Shown here: in pieces, positions 17,607 to 26,848 of the stretch
Layout of the letters: the number at the start of each line of letters is the position of its first letter
Position numbering within the stretch: the stretch's first letter is position 1
Source: an uncultured Oligoflexus sp.
GTDB lineage: Bacteria; Bdellovibrionota_B; Oligoflexia; Oligoflexales; Oligoflexaceae
Direction: 5' to 3'
DNA: 41,944 nt
NCBI GenBank assembly: GCA_964236955.1
Contig: CAXSGP010000034.1
Span: forward strand, 1-41,944
Position numbers and translations under genes: made by a program
The notes under the pieces: generated by a model
Told to the model about the DNA's origin: nothing
Database searches by the model: none
What the model saw: only the letters and a program-made list of their open reading frames with translations

Positions 17607-18163
17607 TTCTTGCCGATACCCATTGGGGCAAGGCCGAGGTTTTCCAGGAACATGGTATTCCGATACCCAGCAGTGTCCTCGACTGTGACTTAGATGAACT
17701 GAGCGCCATCGCTGATGAGGCGGGCGCGACCCGTATTCTGGTGCTTGGCGACCTCCTGCATAGTCCAAAGCCTCTCTCCGCTCCCGTCCATGACACGATA
17801 GAGAACTGGCGGCGGCGCTGCATCATTCCCATGGTGGCGATCCGGGGCAATCATGATCCAAAGCATAACCATTTTCCGGAACACTGGAATATCACGTGGG
17901 TAAATGAACCCTATGTGGAAGCACCTTTTTGCTTTCGCCATGAACCCGGGATTATGCACGGCTTTTACACCTGGTGTGGCCATATTCATCCCGTGCTGAG
18001 TCTCGGTCGGCCACGCTTGCGAATGCCTTGCTTTTGGTTAGGGGATTCACTTGGCGTCCTGCCGAGTTTTGGAACGTTCACCGGAGGTTTCGCCGTCAGG
18101 CCTTTACGTCGGGACGGAGTGTTCGTCATTGCAGAAGGCGAAGTTTTTCCTATGAATCCTTAA
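17516..18163 (+). CDS. pdeM: Ligase-associated metallophosphoesterase/endonuclease (PdeM-like)
   Basis: ADTHWGK, LGDLLH, RGNHD, CGHIHP, LPSFGTFTGG; fourth gene of the conserved cluster. Confidence 0.88.
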   Translation: MAKSISTEIWGQKLTLYGRKAVYWHAKKTLILADTHWGKAEVFQEHGIPIPSSVLDCDLDELSAIADEAGATRILVLGDLLHSPKPLSAPVHDTIENWRRRCIIPMVAIRGNHDPKHNHFPEHWNITWVNEPYVEAPFCFRHEPGIMHGFYTWCGHIHPVLSLGRPRLRMPCFWLGDSLGVLPSFGTFTGGFAVRPLRRDGVFVIAEGEVFPMNP

Positions 18164-18277
18164 CCCTTCCGAAGCGTGACTCAGCTTGAGCCTTTCGAAA
18201 AGCTAGGCGTAAAAGGCAAAGCCAAGCTTTATTTTCAAATAGTCCAGTATTTCGTAAAATTCGTAATTTTTTAATAT

Positions 18278-18290
18278 TATCAATAAATTA
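18278..18290 (+). promoter_or_regulatory. IHF-like binding site
   Basis: TATCAATAAATTA fits WATCAANNNNTTR within an AT-rich intergenic region. Confidence 0.35.
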
Positions 18291-18391
18291 CAATACACTT
18301 TGCGCGAACTTTGGCAGGTTTGGGCAGGCGCGCCGTGTATGCTAAAGTTTAGGACCGACCTAAGTCGCAGTGCCTTTGCCTGGAGCCCCTC

Positions 18392-20410
18392 ATGACTAAA
18401 AGCAGAAAAATTGTCGGCATCATTGCTGGCATCCTATTGACTCCCATCCTCGTCGCAGCCCTTGCCCTGATCGTAATTAATGCGGTGGACTGGGATAAGC
18501 ACCGCCCCTTCGTTAAGGGTCTTATCGAGCGCTTCTCGGATTTTGAAGTGGAGAATATCGAGGGCATACGCGTTCATCTTTTGACTTCGGCAGAGGCGGG
18601 GGTCGATCGCATCAAGCTTCGCCAGACCAATGAGAGCTCGGGCCTCGGGGATTTGCAAAGCGCGCAGGCTTATCTAAAGCTAAAGGTCTTTCCCCTAATC
18701 TTTCACAAAACCCTGATCGTCCAAAGTCTGGTTCTTGATGGAGCCAATATCCATCTTCGCGTGGCCAAATCCAAACCTGATGAGGAGAAAAAGCCCGAGG
18801 CAGCTATCAAGCTCGCCGATCTACCCTCGATCTTTGTGAATTCGGCGTCGATAACGGACTTTAAACTCGCTTACCTCGGCGCCAACAAAAACAAGGACCC
18901 CTTCCATCTTAACATCATTCACGCTGGCATCACCGCACCCAGCAACGACTTGCCATCGATGCTAAGCGCCGAAGGTAAAGCTGCTGATTTGCCTTTTGAA
19001 GTTTTGGGCGCTTTCGGTTCCTTCGATGCCTTCCGCGATGAAAAGGCCGCGTATCCCGCCCGACTAACAGCCAAGATCGCCGATCATAATCTTGAAGCCC
19101 GTGGCACCCTGCGCCTCGCTCAAGGGGAATCCCATTTCGACATTGATTTAGCGGGACCTGGGTTAAAACGGCTCAAGCAGATTTTCAAACTGAATATCGG
19201 TGACATTCCAAACTACACCTTGAGTTTTGCATTCGACAAAAAGCCCAATATCATGCGCTTTGAAGAGATCAAATTGCTGCTTGGAAAGACTCACGTAGCT
19301 GGTAAAATTGGCCTAGATTTCTCTAAGCCCCGTACTCAGGTTCAGGCTGATCTCGTCTCACCTAAGCTCTTTGCGGCCGATATCAAAGGCTTGTTTCAAA
19401 CGGATAAAAATAATAAAGAGCCCGATGAGGTTCCCAAGCCTGAAGGTCAATACTTCTCCAATATTCCCATCCATGCTGATGGCATGAAAATCATCGATGC
19501 CGATATCAGCCTTCAGATTAAGGATTTTGAAGGGGAAAAAGCCGGTACGGCGATTAAAAGCCTAATCGCCCGGGGAAAATTAAACGGAGGCAAACTCGTC
19601 GTTGATCCCCTTAACTTTGGGGTCGCGGACGGCACGATTGGTGGAGATCTCAGCTTTGACGCAAGAAAACCTGATATTCAGGTTAAGATTCAGCTTGGAG
19701 CACGCCGGGTCAATCTCGATACTCTTTTGGGTCCCATAGCCACTGAAATACCGGTATTTAAACTCAAGCCCTCCGATATGGCCAAGGGGATGCTGAGTGG
19801 CCATATGGATTTGTCCATGCATGGCAAGACCCCTATGGATCTGGCGAAAACTGTGAGCGGTCCCATCCAGTTGGCGGTGGAGGACGGTAAACTTTCGGCC
19901 ACCGTCCTCGAGGCTTTTGGTCTGGACATTACGGAAACTGTAGGCGATTGGATCATTGGTCATCCCATGAAAAAAATGGAATGTGGCCTGACTTGGTTTG
20001 AGGCTAAAGAGGGAATTTATTCGACCAAGGCTTTTCTTATCGCCACTTCGGACAGTAATATTACGGCCAAGGGTCAACTGGATTTGCCAAGCAATAATGC
20101 CGATTTTCTTCTTTCTATCCATCCGCGCGACTTTAGTATTGGCAGCGTACGTACCCCCATCTATATCAAGGGGCCTTTGAACGGTATCAAGGTCGGTCTT
20201 GAGAAAAAAGATTTGATTCTCAAAGGTGGGGCTGCCTTGATCCTTGGCGCGATTAATCCCGCCCTTGCGCTGTTGCCTCTGGTGGAACCTGGACTTGGCA
20301 AGGATGGGCCTTGCAAAAAATATGCGGCCGAACTGAAAACGGTGGTAGCCAAAGCCAAAGAAGATGTTTCCACTAAGGATCTTAAGACCACAAAAGATGT
20401 GAGTCGATAA
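18392..20410 (+). CDS. AsmA family protein
   Basis: N-terminal TM anchor then VDWDKHRP; beta-rich body; C-terminal SVRTPIYIKG...LALLPLVEPG. Confidence 0.85.
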   Translation: MTKSRKIVGIIAGILLTPILVAALALIVINAVDWDKHRPFVKGLIERFSDFEVENIEGIRVHLLTSAEAGVDRIKLRQTNESSGLGDLQSAQAYLKLKVFPLIFHKTLIVQSLVLDGANIHLRVAKSKPDEEKKPEAAIKLADLPSIFVNSASITDFKLAYLGANKNKDPFHLNIIHAGITAPSNDLPSMLSAEGKAADLPFEVLGAFGSFDAFRDEKAAYPARLTAKIADHNLEARGTLRLAQGESHFDIDLAGPGLKRLKQIFKLNIGDIPNYTLSFAFDKKPNIMRFEEIKLLLGKTHVAGKIGLDFSKPRTQVQADLVSPKLFAADIKGLFQTDKNNKEPDEVPKPEGQYFSNIPIHADGMKIIDADISLQIKDFEGEKAGTAIKSLIARGKLNGGKLVVDPLNFGVADGTIGGDLSFDARKPDIQVKIQLGARRVNLDTLLGPIATEIPVFKLKPSDMAKGMLSGHMDLSMHGKTPMDLAKTVSGPIQLAVEDGKLSATVLEAFGLDITETVGDWIIGHPMKKMECGLTWFEAKEGIYSTKAFLIATSDSNITAKGQLDLPSNNADFLLSIHPRDFSIGSVRTPIYIKGPLNGIKVGLEKKDLILKGGAALILGAINPALALLPLVEPGLGKDGPCKKYAAELKTVVAKAKEDVSTKDLKTTKDVSR

Positions 20411-20604
20411 TTCGCGAGGAATGGGCAAGGTCTTCCGGCGCCGCTTATGATTGAGCCAAGAGGCCCTGACTAACTAAGCCTAAGGGTTGAAAACCGCCGC
20501 AGCAACGCGTGGGCTCGCTCGAATCTGGCCATGGACTTAAATTAGGAAATAGGCGGGCCGGGCCGCGGTAACCGCCGATAGCCTCACCTTTGGTAAAAAT
20601 TCAC

Positions 20605-20635
20605 AAAAACGGCTGCGTTCACGAAGAACGCAGCC
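20605..20635 (-). terminator. Rho-independent terminator for the Tim44 gene
   Basis: Perfect 10-bp stem GGCTGCGTTC/GAACGCAGCC with a U-tract on the minus strand. Confidence 0.75.
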
Positions 20636-20682
20636 TATCGTAGACGCTTTGAGGTACAAGAAGTCAGACACAATGACTATTA

Positions 20683-21630
20683 TCAAACCTGCTGAATGCC
20701 CACAAGTTGCCAAGCAGCATAAGCAGTTTGTCTGCAGAAGGTCCAATCCTCTTCAAACTTGACGGGATTGCTCGTACTTCCTTCGACCGTAGCCCCGCTC
20801 GCCTCATCGACGGTATAGTCGAGAAGATTAGCTGTAAAACGGACTTTGGCGTATTCGCTGTTTTGCTCGTTCCAACGATCGAGGACATCGACTTTACGTA
20901 CTGAAATATTTTCCAGGCGATTGATCTGCTTTCTGGCCTTGAGATCAGCTATGTCGCGGGACAAATCCTGATAGACCTCAGGACCAAGGATTTCGTTGAC
21001 TGTTGAGAGGTCCCGACGGGTCCAGGCTCCCTGAATTTTAAAGAAAATATCGCTCGCTTCGTCAGACTGAATAGTCGTACCACTCTCGATCGGTAAGGCG
21101 GTATTGGGAAGCGCTGCATACGCTGATTCGTAAGCTGTCCCCCCTTGATTGGCATAAGCTTGGCCAAAGTTTTTATCACCACCGACAGTATCCAATTTCA
21201 TTTGGCGAATTTTCCACCAACGAAATAAAAGAAATCCTAGTCCCGCAATCAAAATGATCTCGATCAGGCCGATTCCCCCGCCGCCATTGCCGACTCCACC
21301 CATACCACCTGCGGCATGTCCCATCGAGCCGAACAGCATACTCCCTAAGAAACCACCGGCAACGCCGCCCGCTAAGCCACGCATGAAACCACCGCCGCGA
21401 GGCTGAGGCTCCTGACGTTGATTATAGTAGGGCTGCTGAGACGGAGCCGGACGATACTGCTGGGCGGGCGCCGAATACTGTCGACTGGGGCTGCTGCGTC
21501 CCATCGAACGGCCTCCCCCCGCTCGGGCATCTGCCTCAAGTGGCATAGACAGCTCGACTGCCATTGAGGCAAAGACGATGAGCAAAAGTGCTCTTAGCAA
21601 GCAGGACAATTTATTTTTCAACATTTTCAC
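20683..21630 (-). CDS. Tim44 domain-containing protein
   Basis: ADARAGGGRSMG, Gly-rich TM segment, FFKIQGAW, KFEEDWTF...WQLVGIQQ; GTG start with AAGGGAG RBS. Confidence 0.9.
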   Translation of the reverse strand: MKMLKNKLSCLLRALLLIVFASMAVELSMPLEADARAGGGRSMGRSSPSRQYSAPAQQYRPAPSQQPYYNQRQEPQPRGGGFMRGLAGGVAGGFLGSMLFGSMGHAAGGMGGVGNGGGGIGLIEIILIAGLGFLLFRWWKIRQMKLDTVGGDKNFGQAYANQGGTAYESAYAALPNTALPIESGTTIQSDEASDIFFKIQGAWTRRDLSTVNEILGPEVYQDLSRDIADLKARKQINRLENISVRKVDVLDRWNEQNSEYAKVRFTANLLDYTVDEASGATVEGSTSNPVKFEEDWTFCRQTAYAAWQLVGIQQV

Positions 21631-21847
21631 TCCCTTGTGCAGCCTACGTAAATACTTTTTGACTTACCCTGTCTTTAGAGTCCGCATAGCAGAACACTAA
21701 AAGCAGACTATAGTATTTATTGATAGCGCCCCGCATATGAAATAGTGATGAAGTTCATTGTTAAATCGGGAGAAAGTCAAAAAATTGGGGCCTGCCTTTT
21801 TGCTTAGGGATTAAATGAATTCCGCTATAAGGCTTCAAGCTGCTGAT

Positions 21848-22420
21848 TTAAGGGCTAAGTTTAAGCCCATTCAGCAAACGGTCAAAATCCACGTCCTCGG
21901 GTTGACGCGGCAACCAAATAGCAGCTCCATAATCCACAGTCCGGCCGAAATATTGATCCAAATTTTCGCGGTGGCTTGCCAGCAGCAGCAGACGGATAAC
22001 CCCCCCATGAGTAAACAAAACGAAGGGACCAGGCTTCTGCGGCAGGTCCTTAATAAAACTCCGCACCCGCCCTATCATCGTCGTCAAACGCTCTCCACCG
22101 GGCGGTGCCTGATTAAAACAGTCGGCCATCCATTGAGCGGATTCCTCCCGGGGAATATCGTCCCAGTGTCGGCCTTCCCAGTCTCCAAAATCGAACTCCA
22201 TCAAACGTTCATCCCGACAAACGAAAGTGGGCCAAGCCTTAAGTGCCAAATCATGGCAACGCCGTGAGGGACTTGAATAGACAATGGAATTGAGGGCTAA
22301 AGCCTCCCGGCAAGTCCAGTTTTCAAACGCTCCGGACTCGCAGGCAACATCCAAACGCCCATAACAAAGCCCAGCTCGGATATCGGGTCGGGTATGACGA
22401 ATGACCAGTATGGAACTCAT
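21848..22420 (-). CDS. cobC: Alpha-ribazole phosphatase family (histidine phosphatase)
   Basis: IRHTRP, CYGRLDV, YSSPSRRC, LMEFDFGDWEG, FTHGGVIR; last gene of the cob operon. Confidence 0.8.
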   Translation of the reverse strand: MSSILVIRHTRPDIRAGLCYGRLDVACESGAFENWTCREALALNSIVYSSPSRRCHDLALKAWPTFVCRDERLMEFDFGDWEGRHWDDIPREESAQWMADCFNQAPPGGERLTTMIGRVRSFIKDLPQKPGPFVLFTHGGVIRLLLLASHRENLDQYFGRTVDYGAAIWLPRQPEDVDFDRLLNGLKLSP

Positions 22421-22434
22421 GCTGAAGACCTCAC

Positions 22435-23184
22435 TCAAGGACGAACATGCAGCACCACAAACCATAACAAAACGAGTTCTGATATCTTTATCGCAGCTCC
22501 CAGACAGTCGCCGGTAATTCCCGATAGCTTGGCCCTAAAGATCATTCCGCAACAGAAAAGGCAAACAAGCAGAGTCCCGACGAGGTCTAAACCAAAACTC
22601 AAACTGGGTACAAAATAAATCACGGGCAGGACCCAAAGGATAGACCAGCAGAGTTTCCAGACACCCGCACTTAAATAGCTGCCGGCCTTATTGCTGTCCT
22701 TGCCACTCCGGACATAGGGAAGGACTGCCGCCAGAACAGGACCTGCCAGTCGACTTAGAGGCATAACTAGAGCGAAGGTGGAAACGACTGCAAACGGCGG
22801 CAGGTTCTTCAATGCCAGGTAATGGCCGAGCCCATAAAGTCCGAGACTGACAACTCCAAAGGAACCGACCCGGGGATCTTTCATAATGAGAAGCCTCGTT
22901 TCCTGGTCTCTTCCTCCGTATAACCCATCCATGCAATCAGCCAGCCCATCTTCATGCATGGCGCCACTGACCACTATAGGCAGGAGGATGACGAGAAAAA
23001 TTTTCAGGTCGAACGGTCCCTCGAGATACCGCCAAACCAAAGCCAAAATTCCGACGTTGAGCCAGGCGATAAGGGGAATATGCCAGGTGGCATTCTCAAA
23101 ACTTTCGGCCGCCAAATACCCCGGCACCGGGATACGGGTGAAAGTCACGAGACTGGCAAGAATCGCCTGCAGCAGCTTCTTCAT
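22435..23184 (-). CDS. cobS: Adenosylcobinamide-GDP ribazoletransferase (cobalamin synthase)
   Basis: FTRIPV, GAMHEDGLADCMDG, IMKDPRVGSFG, GITGDCLGA. Confidence 0.93.
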   Translation of the reverse strand: MKKLLQAILASLVTFTRIPVPGYLAAESFENATWHIPLIAWLNVGILALVWRYLEGPFDLKIFLVILLPIVVSGAMHEDGLADCMDGLYGGRDQETRLLIMKDPRVGSFGVVSLGLYGLGHYLALKNLPPFAVVSTFALVMPLSRLAGPVLAAVLPYVRSGKDSNKAGSYLSAGVWKLCWSILWVLPVIYFVPSLSFGLDLVGTLLVCLFCCGMIFRAKLSGITGDCLGAAIKISELVLLWFVVLHVRP

Positions 23185-24212
23185 GAATCGACCCGCTTCT
23201 CAACCGAAGCGCTGGCAAACGTGGCCATCTCAGCAAGCATAGCCACCGCACACTGCAGAACAGGCAAGGCCAGTGCCACGCCCGTGCCTTCGCCCAGCCG
23301 CATCGATAGATCGAGCACCGGCTTTACCTTGAGCTCCTGGAGCAGTTCCTTATGACCCGAGACTTCCGACTGATGGGCAAAAATTAAATAAGGCCGAATT
23401 TCATGATCGATACGCATCGCGGCCAGTGCCGCACTGGTCGCGATCAGACCATCGACCAGAATGGTCATTCCCAGTCGAGCCGCCTCGAGCATAGCTCCCG
23501 CCATACAAGCGATTTCAAAGCCGCCATAGGTTTGTAAGACCGCCAGAGGATCGCTCAAACGTCCGTGGATCTGCAGCGCTTTTTGCAAAATTCGCAGTTT
23601 TAGAATCAGCTGTTGGTCATCGCACCCAGCCCCGCGGCCGACTGTAGTTTCCAATGGCTGTGCACTCAGACAGTGAATGATGAGCGCCGCGGCCGAGGTA
23701 TTGCCGATCCCCATCTCGCCAAAGCCTATCGTATTGCAAGCAAGGGCGGCATGGGCGGCCACACGTTCTTCACCGGCACGAAAGCAAAGATCAAGCTGCT
23801 CGCGCGTCATCGCCGCCTGCTCCAGAAAATTGGCGGTGCCCGGTCCGAATTTTAAACTGATAACGCCGGGGACGACTTGATTTTGGATCGTTCCGCAGTC
23901 GATAAGTTCAAGTTGCCAGCCAAGCCTTTTCGTAAAGACATTTACGGCAGCACCGCCGCTTGCGAAGTTTTGTATCATAGCCCCCGTTACCGATTGCGGA
24001 TAGGGACTCACCCCCGATCGGGCAATGCCATGGTCGCCTGCCATGACGATCAGGGTGGGGCGTTTTATTTCGGGCTTTAAGGTCCCCTGGATTAAAGCAA
24101 TCTGCATGGCGAGCTCCTCGAGCCGGCCGAGCGATCCAAGCGGTTTGGTCTTTTCGTCGAGTTCCGTTTGTATGTCTTGCCGAAGATATTCGGATACCGC
24201 TTTGATGCTCAT
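23181..24212 (-). CDS. cobT: Nicotinate-nucleotide-dimethylbenzimidazole phosphoribosyltransferase
   Basis: KTKPLGSLGRLE, AGDHG, GEMGIGNT, GGFEI, MRLGEGTG. Confidence 0.96.
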   Translation of the reverse strand: MSIKAVSEYLRQDIQTELDEKTKPLGSLGRLEELAMQIALIQGTLKPEIKRPTLIVMAGDHGIARSGVSPYPQSVTGAMIQNFASGGAAVNVFTKRLGWQLELIDCGTIQNQVVPGVISLKFGPGTANFLEQAAMTREQLDLCFRAGEERVAAHAALACNTIGFGEMGIGNTSAAALIIHCLSAQPLETTVGRGAGCDDQQLILKLRILQKALQIHGRLSDPLAVLQTYGGFEIACMAGAMLEAARLGMTILVDGLIATSAALAAMRIDHEIRPYLIFAHQSEVSGHKELLQELKVKPVLDLSMRLGEGTGVALALPVLQCAVAMLAEMATFASASVEKRVDS

Positions 24213-24320
24213 ATGGATTCCTTTTGGCTTTGTGTCATCGTTTACATACCTGCCCTACCGTAATTTTCCGCCGCATGGCTGGCGATGCGATTGGCTGTAT
24301 CATCAAGGTCGGCACGGAAT

Positions 24321-25361
24321 TCATAATAGGCCCTTCGACTTGATGTGGTCATAGGCCGCAAGGAAGCGCTGCATATCGGTTCGCGGTCTCACGGCAATGC
24401 GATACCAGTCCGGAAAGCCGTAAGATTCACAGCAGCGAATAAGAACGTGATGGTCTCGCAAAAGGATCTGCTGCAGCCCAGGGCAATCATCTTGAAACAT
24501 AAGAAACACGGTTGAACTCGGCAGGCGACGGATCCGCCTTAGATCGAGCTCGGCTTCCAGCCAAGCTTTGTCACGAAAGATGAAGTCGCGGCTTCGCTCC
24601 ACAAATTTTTTGTCGTCGAACAGTCTCTCCCCCAACTTCTGTGCAAAGACGTTGACGTTCCACGGGGGAATTTCCGCACGAATTTTTTGGATGAGTCCTT
24701 CCGCGCCAAAGCAATAACCGAGACGCAATCCGGCAATTGCATGATCCTTGGTCAGCGATACGATGCGCACGACGTTCCTTTCATAAACCGCATCCGCTTT
24801 CTGATGATGGAGGCTCAAGGAAAGAAAGGATTCGTCCAAAAGAATCAAGCAGCCCGGATGCAGTAAGGCCAGACAATTTATAACCGATGGTTCCAGATAG
24901 CCGCCGGTAGGACTGTTGGGATTGCAGAGATAGAGGACTCGCGGTCGATGCTGGGCAAGCCTGTGATCCAATTCTTCCGGGGAAAGATGAAAGTCATTGC
25001 GCTCTTTGAGCATGAACTCAGCCAGGCCGCGGCCCAGCTGATTGACAGCCGAGGAGAATTCACTAAAGCCCGGTTGTATGACCAGGGCCCGGTCATCTGG
25101 CCCTAGAAACGCCCTGGCGCTTGCCCAAAGTAGTTCCGTTGCACCATTTCCAACAAGCAGCGAATCGATCGGGACAGCGCGCTGATCGGCCAGGATTTTA
25201 CAGAGCGCCCGCGAGTAAGGATCGGGATAGGAAGCGATATCGCCCGGCCTTAGATTGAGCGTGCCACTGGGGCCATAAGGATTGATGTTGACGCTGAGAT
25301 CAAGATAATCTTCGCTCCGGTCCAGGTTATATTGATTGATGCCGCCGTGACTACTCTTCAA
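24321..25361 (-). CDS. cobD: L-threonine-O-3-phosphate decarboxylase (PLP class I/II)
   Basis: HGG, DLSVNINP, GNGATEL, CNPNSPTG, DESF, SLTK...GLRLGY; cob operon context. Confidence 0.8.
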   Translation of the reverse strand: MKSSHGGINQYNLDRSEDYLDLSVNINPYGPSGTLNLRPGDIASYPDPYSRALCKILADQRAVPIDSLLVGNGATELLWASARAFLGPDDRALVIQPGFSEFSSAVNQLGRGLAEFMLKERNDFHLSPEELDHRLAQHRPRVLYLCNPNSPTGGYLEPSVINCLALLHPGCLILLDESFLSLSLHHQKADAVYERNVVRIVSLTKDHAIAGLRLGYCFGAEGLIQKIRAEIPPWNVNVFAQKLGERLFDDKKFVERSRDFIFRDKAWLEAELDLRRIRRLPSSTVFLMFQDDCPGLQQILLRDHHVLIRCCESYGFPDWYRIAVRPRTDMQRFLAAYDHIKSKGLL

Positions 25362-26281
25362 AGCGCTCGCCCTCCGAGTCCAAGCAGTGTGTAAATGAGA
25401 AAGACCCAGGCTGATTGATGGGTGAGCGCCCTGGCTTCCTGCAAAACCTTAAGATCAGAGATCCGTTGCGCATCGCCAAGAGTATAAACACCGGCCTTTC
25501 GAAAACTGACGCCCAATAAACCGGCCAGAGATGCCATGGGCCAACCCCCGTTGGGGCTAGGCGTCTTGCCGTGATCGCGGAGAGCGATCCGCAGTCCTTC
25601 GCGGGCATCCTTCCCCGTAAAAAGACCGGTAAGCAGAAGGACCAGAGCGGTCAGCCTTGCCGGAATCCAATTGAGAATATCATCAAGACGGGCCGAGGCA
25701 AATCCCAGACGAAGATAATGATTTTTATAAGCGATCATGGCATCGAGGGTATTGACCGCGCGATAGGCGAGCGCCAGCGGCACACCGCCTATGCAGAAGT
25801 AAAACAGGGGAGCGATGAGGCTATCACACAAATTTTCGGCCAGCGAACTTGCACTGGCCTCCACCAGCTGTTCCTCATTCAGCTCTGAAGCGTCGCGGCT
25901 GCAGAGACTTCTCAGTTCAAAACGGGCAGCATCCATGCTTTCATGTTGCAAACTCACTTCAATGCCCTTGGCCGCGCCAAGCAAAGCCTTGAGAGCAAAG
26001 CTTGCCTTGAGACAGTAAACGGCGGCGACCGCAGACAATAACGGTTGATTCACACCATAGATCAAAGCAAAACTACCGGCCCAAAAAACGCCGGGTATCA
26101 AAAGTGCCAGGAAAAAGCCGCCGAGATATTCTAGTCTGGCTGACTTGCCTAGAAAACACTTTTCACCCCAGCCTATGCACGTTCCCATCCAAACCACGGG
26201 ATGAAGGCGATCAGGATATTCCCCATAAATTGTATCGACGATTATGGCCGCGAGGAGCAGAATAAAGGGTTCAAGTGCCAT
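25358..26281 (-). CDS. cbiB: Adenosylcobinamide-phosphate synthase
   Basis: HPVVWMG, SLAENLCDS, YRAVNTLDAM, LDDILNWIPARLT, SPNGGWP. Confidence 0.94.
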   Translation of the reverse strand: MALEPFILLLAAIIVDTIYGEYPDRLHPVVWMGTCIGWGEKCFLGKSARLEYLGGFFLALLIPGVFWAGSFALIYGVNQPLLSAVAAVYCLKASFALKALLGAAKGIEVSLQHESMDAARFELRSLCSRDASELNEEQLVEASASSLAENLCDSLIAPLFYFCIGGVPLALAYRAVNTLDAMIAYKNHYLRLGFASARLDDILNWIPARLTALVLLLTGLFTGKDAREGLRIALRDHGKTPSPNGGWPMASLAGLLGVSFRKAGVYTLGDAQRISDLKVLQEARALTHQSAWVFLIYTLLGLGGRAL

Positions 26282-26839
26282 TTACAGCTCCCTCTGGCGA
26301 AGAGCGAGAGCATGGAGGGGAAGGACACAACCCATGACCGTAAAATAGACTTCGCCTGATAGCGCGGCAATGCGCTGCTGAAGCCGGCCGTTGACATCAC
26401 GAAAGCGTCTTGCCAAGGCATGCTCGGGAACGATGCCAAGTCCAACTTCATTGCTGACTATGATGAGGTGCCGCGCATAGCTGGAAAGGAGGAGGAGATC
26501 TTTTTCGACACTCGCTTCGCTCTCGGCATCGGTCCGGTCGCTCAAAAGAAGATTGCTCAACCAAAGGGTGAGGCAATCGATGACGATGACATCCCAAACG
26601 CGGGAGGAATCAAAGCCATCGGCAAGGGCCAGAGGTTTTTCCAGGCTGATAAAATCAGGCCGCTCGATTCGATGCGCGGCGATGCGTAGCTTCATCTCCT
26701 CGTCAAAAGCCTGGGCCGTTGCAATAAACAGTCGCTGCTCACCCTTGTTTCGAGCCATTTCAAGCGCAGTCCGGCTCTTTCCCGACCGGGCTCCACCAGA
26801 AATGAGGATCAGCTGGCAATCCTTATTTAGTTTTTGCAT
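26282..26839 (-). CDS. cobU: Adenosylcobinamide kinase / cobinamide-phosphate guanylyltransferase
   Basis: GGARSGKS, IATA, IDCLTLWLSN, VSNEVGLGIVP, RRFRD. Confidence 0.95.
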   Translation of the reverse strand: MQKLNKDCQLILISGGARSGKSRTALEMARNKGEQRLFIATAQAFDEEMKLRIAAHRIERPDFISLEKPLALADGFDSSRVWDVIVIDCLTLWLSNLLLSDRTDAESEASVEKDLLLLSSYARHLIIVSNEVGLGIVPEHALARRFRDVNGRLQQRIAALSGEVYFTVMGCVLPLHALALRQREL

Positions 26840-26848
26840 AGAGCCCTC

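Noticed and set aside
12468..18163. Nuclease-ligase-helicase-phosphoesterase cluster as a new anti-phage system
   Set aside because: Matches the already described ligase-associated DNA damage response cluster; only its upstream linkage is noteworthy.
19580..20428. 282-aa antisense ORF
   Set aside because: Lies opposite the well-supported AsmA gene with no recognisable motifs; shadow ORF.
20422..20440. Minus-strand GCCGGAAGACCTTGCC resembling the 3' end of a cobalamin riboswitch
   Set aside because: Upstream conserved core is absent and no gene lies downstream in that orientation.
20555..20581. GCCGATAG as a fourth sigma-28 promoter
   Set aside because: No TAAA-like -35 element at 15-nt spacing and no downstream plus-strand gene.
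24213..24320. Cobalamin riboswitch in the cobD-cobT gap
   Set aside because: Only 108 bp and lacks the GGGAA and B12-box elements.
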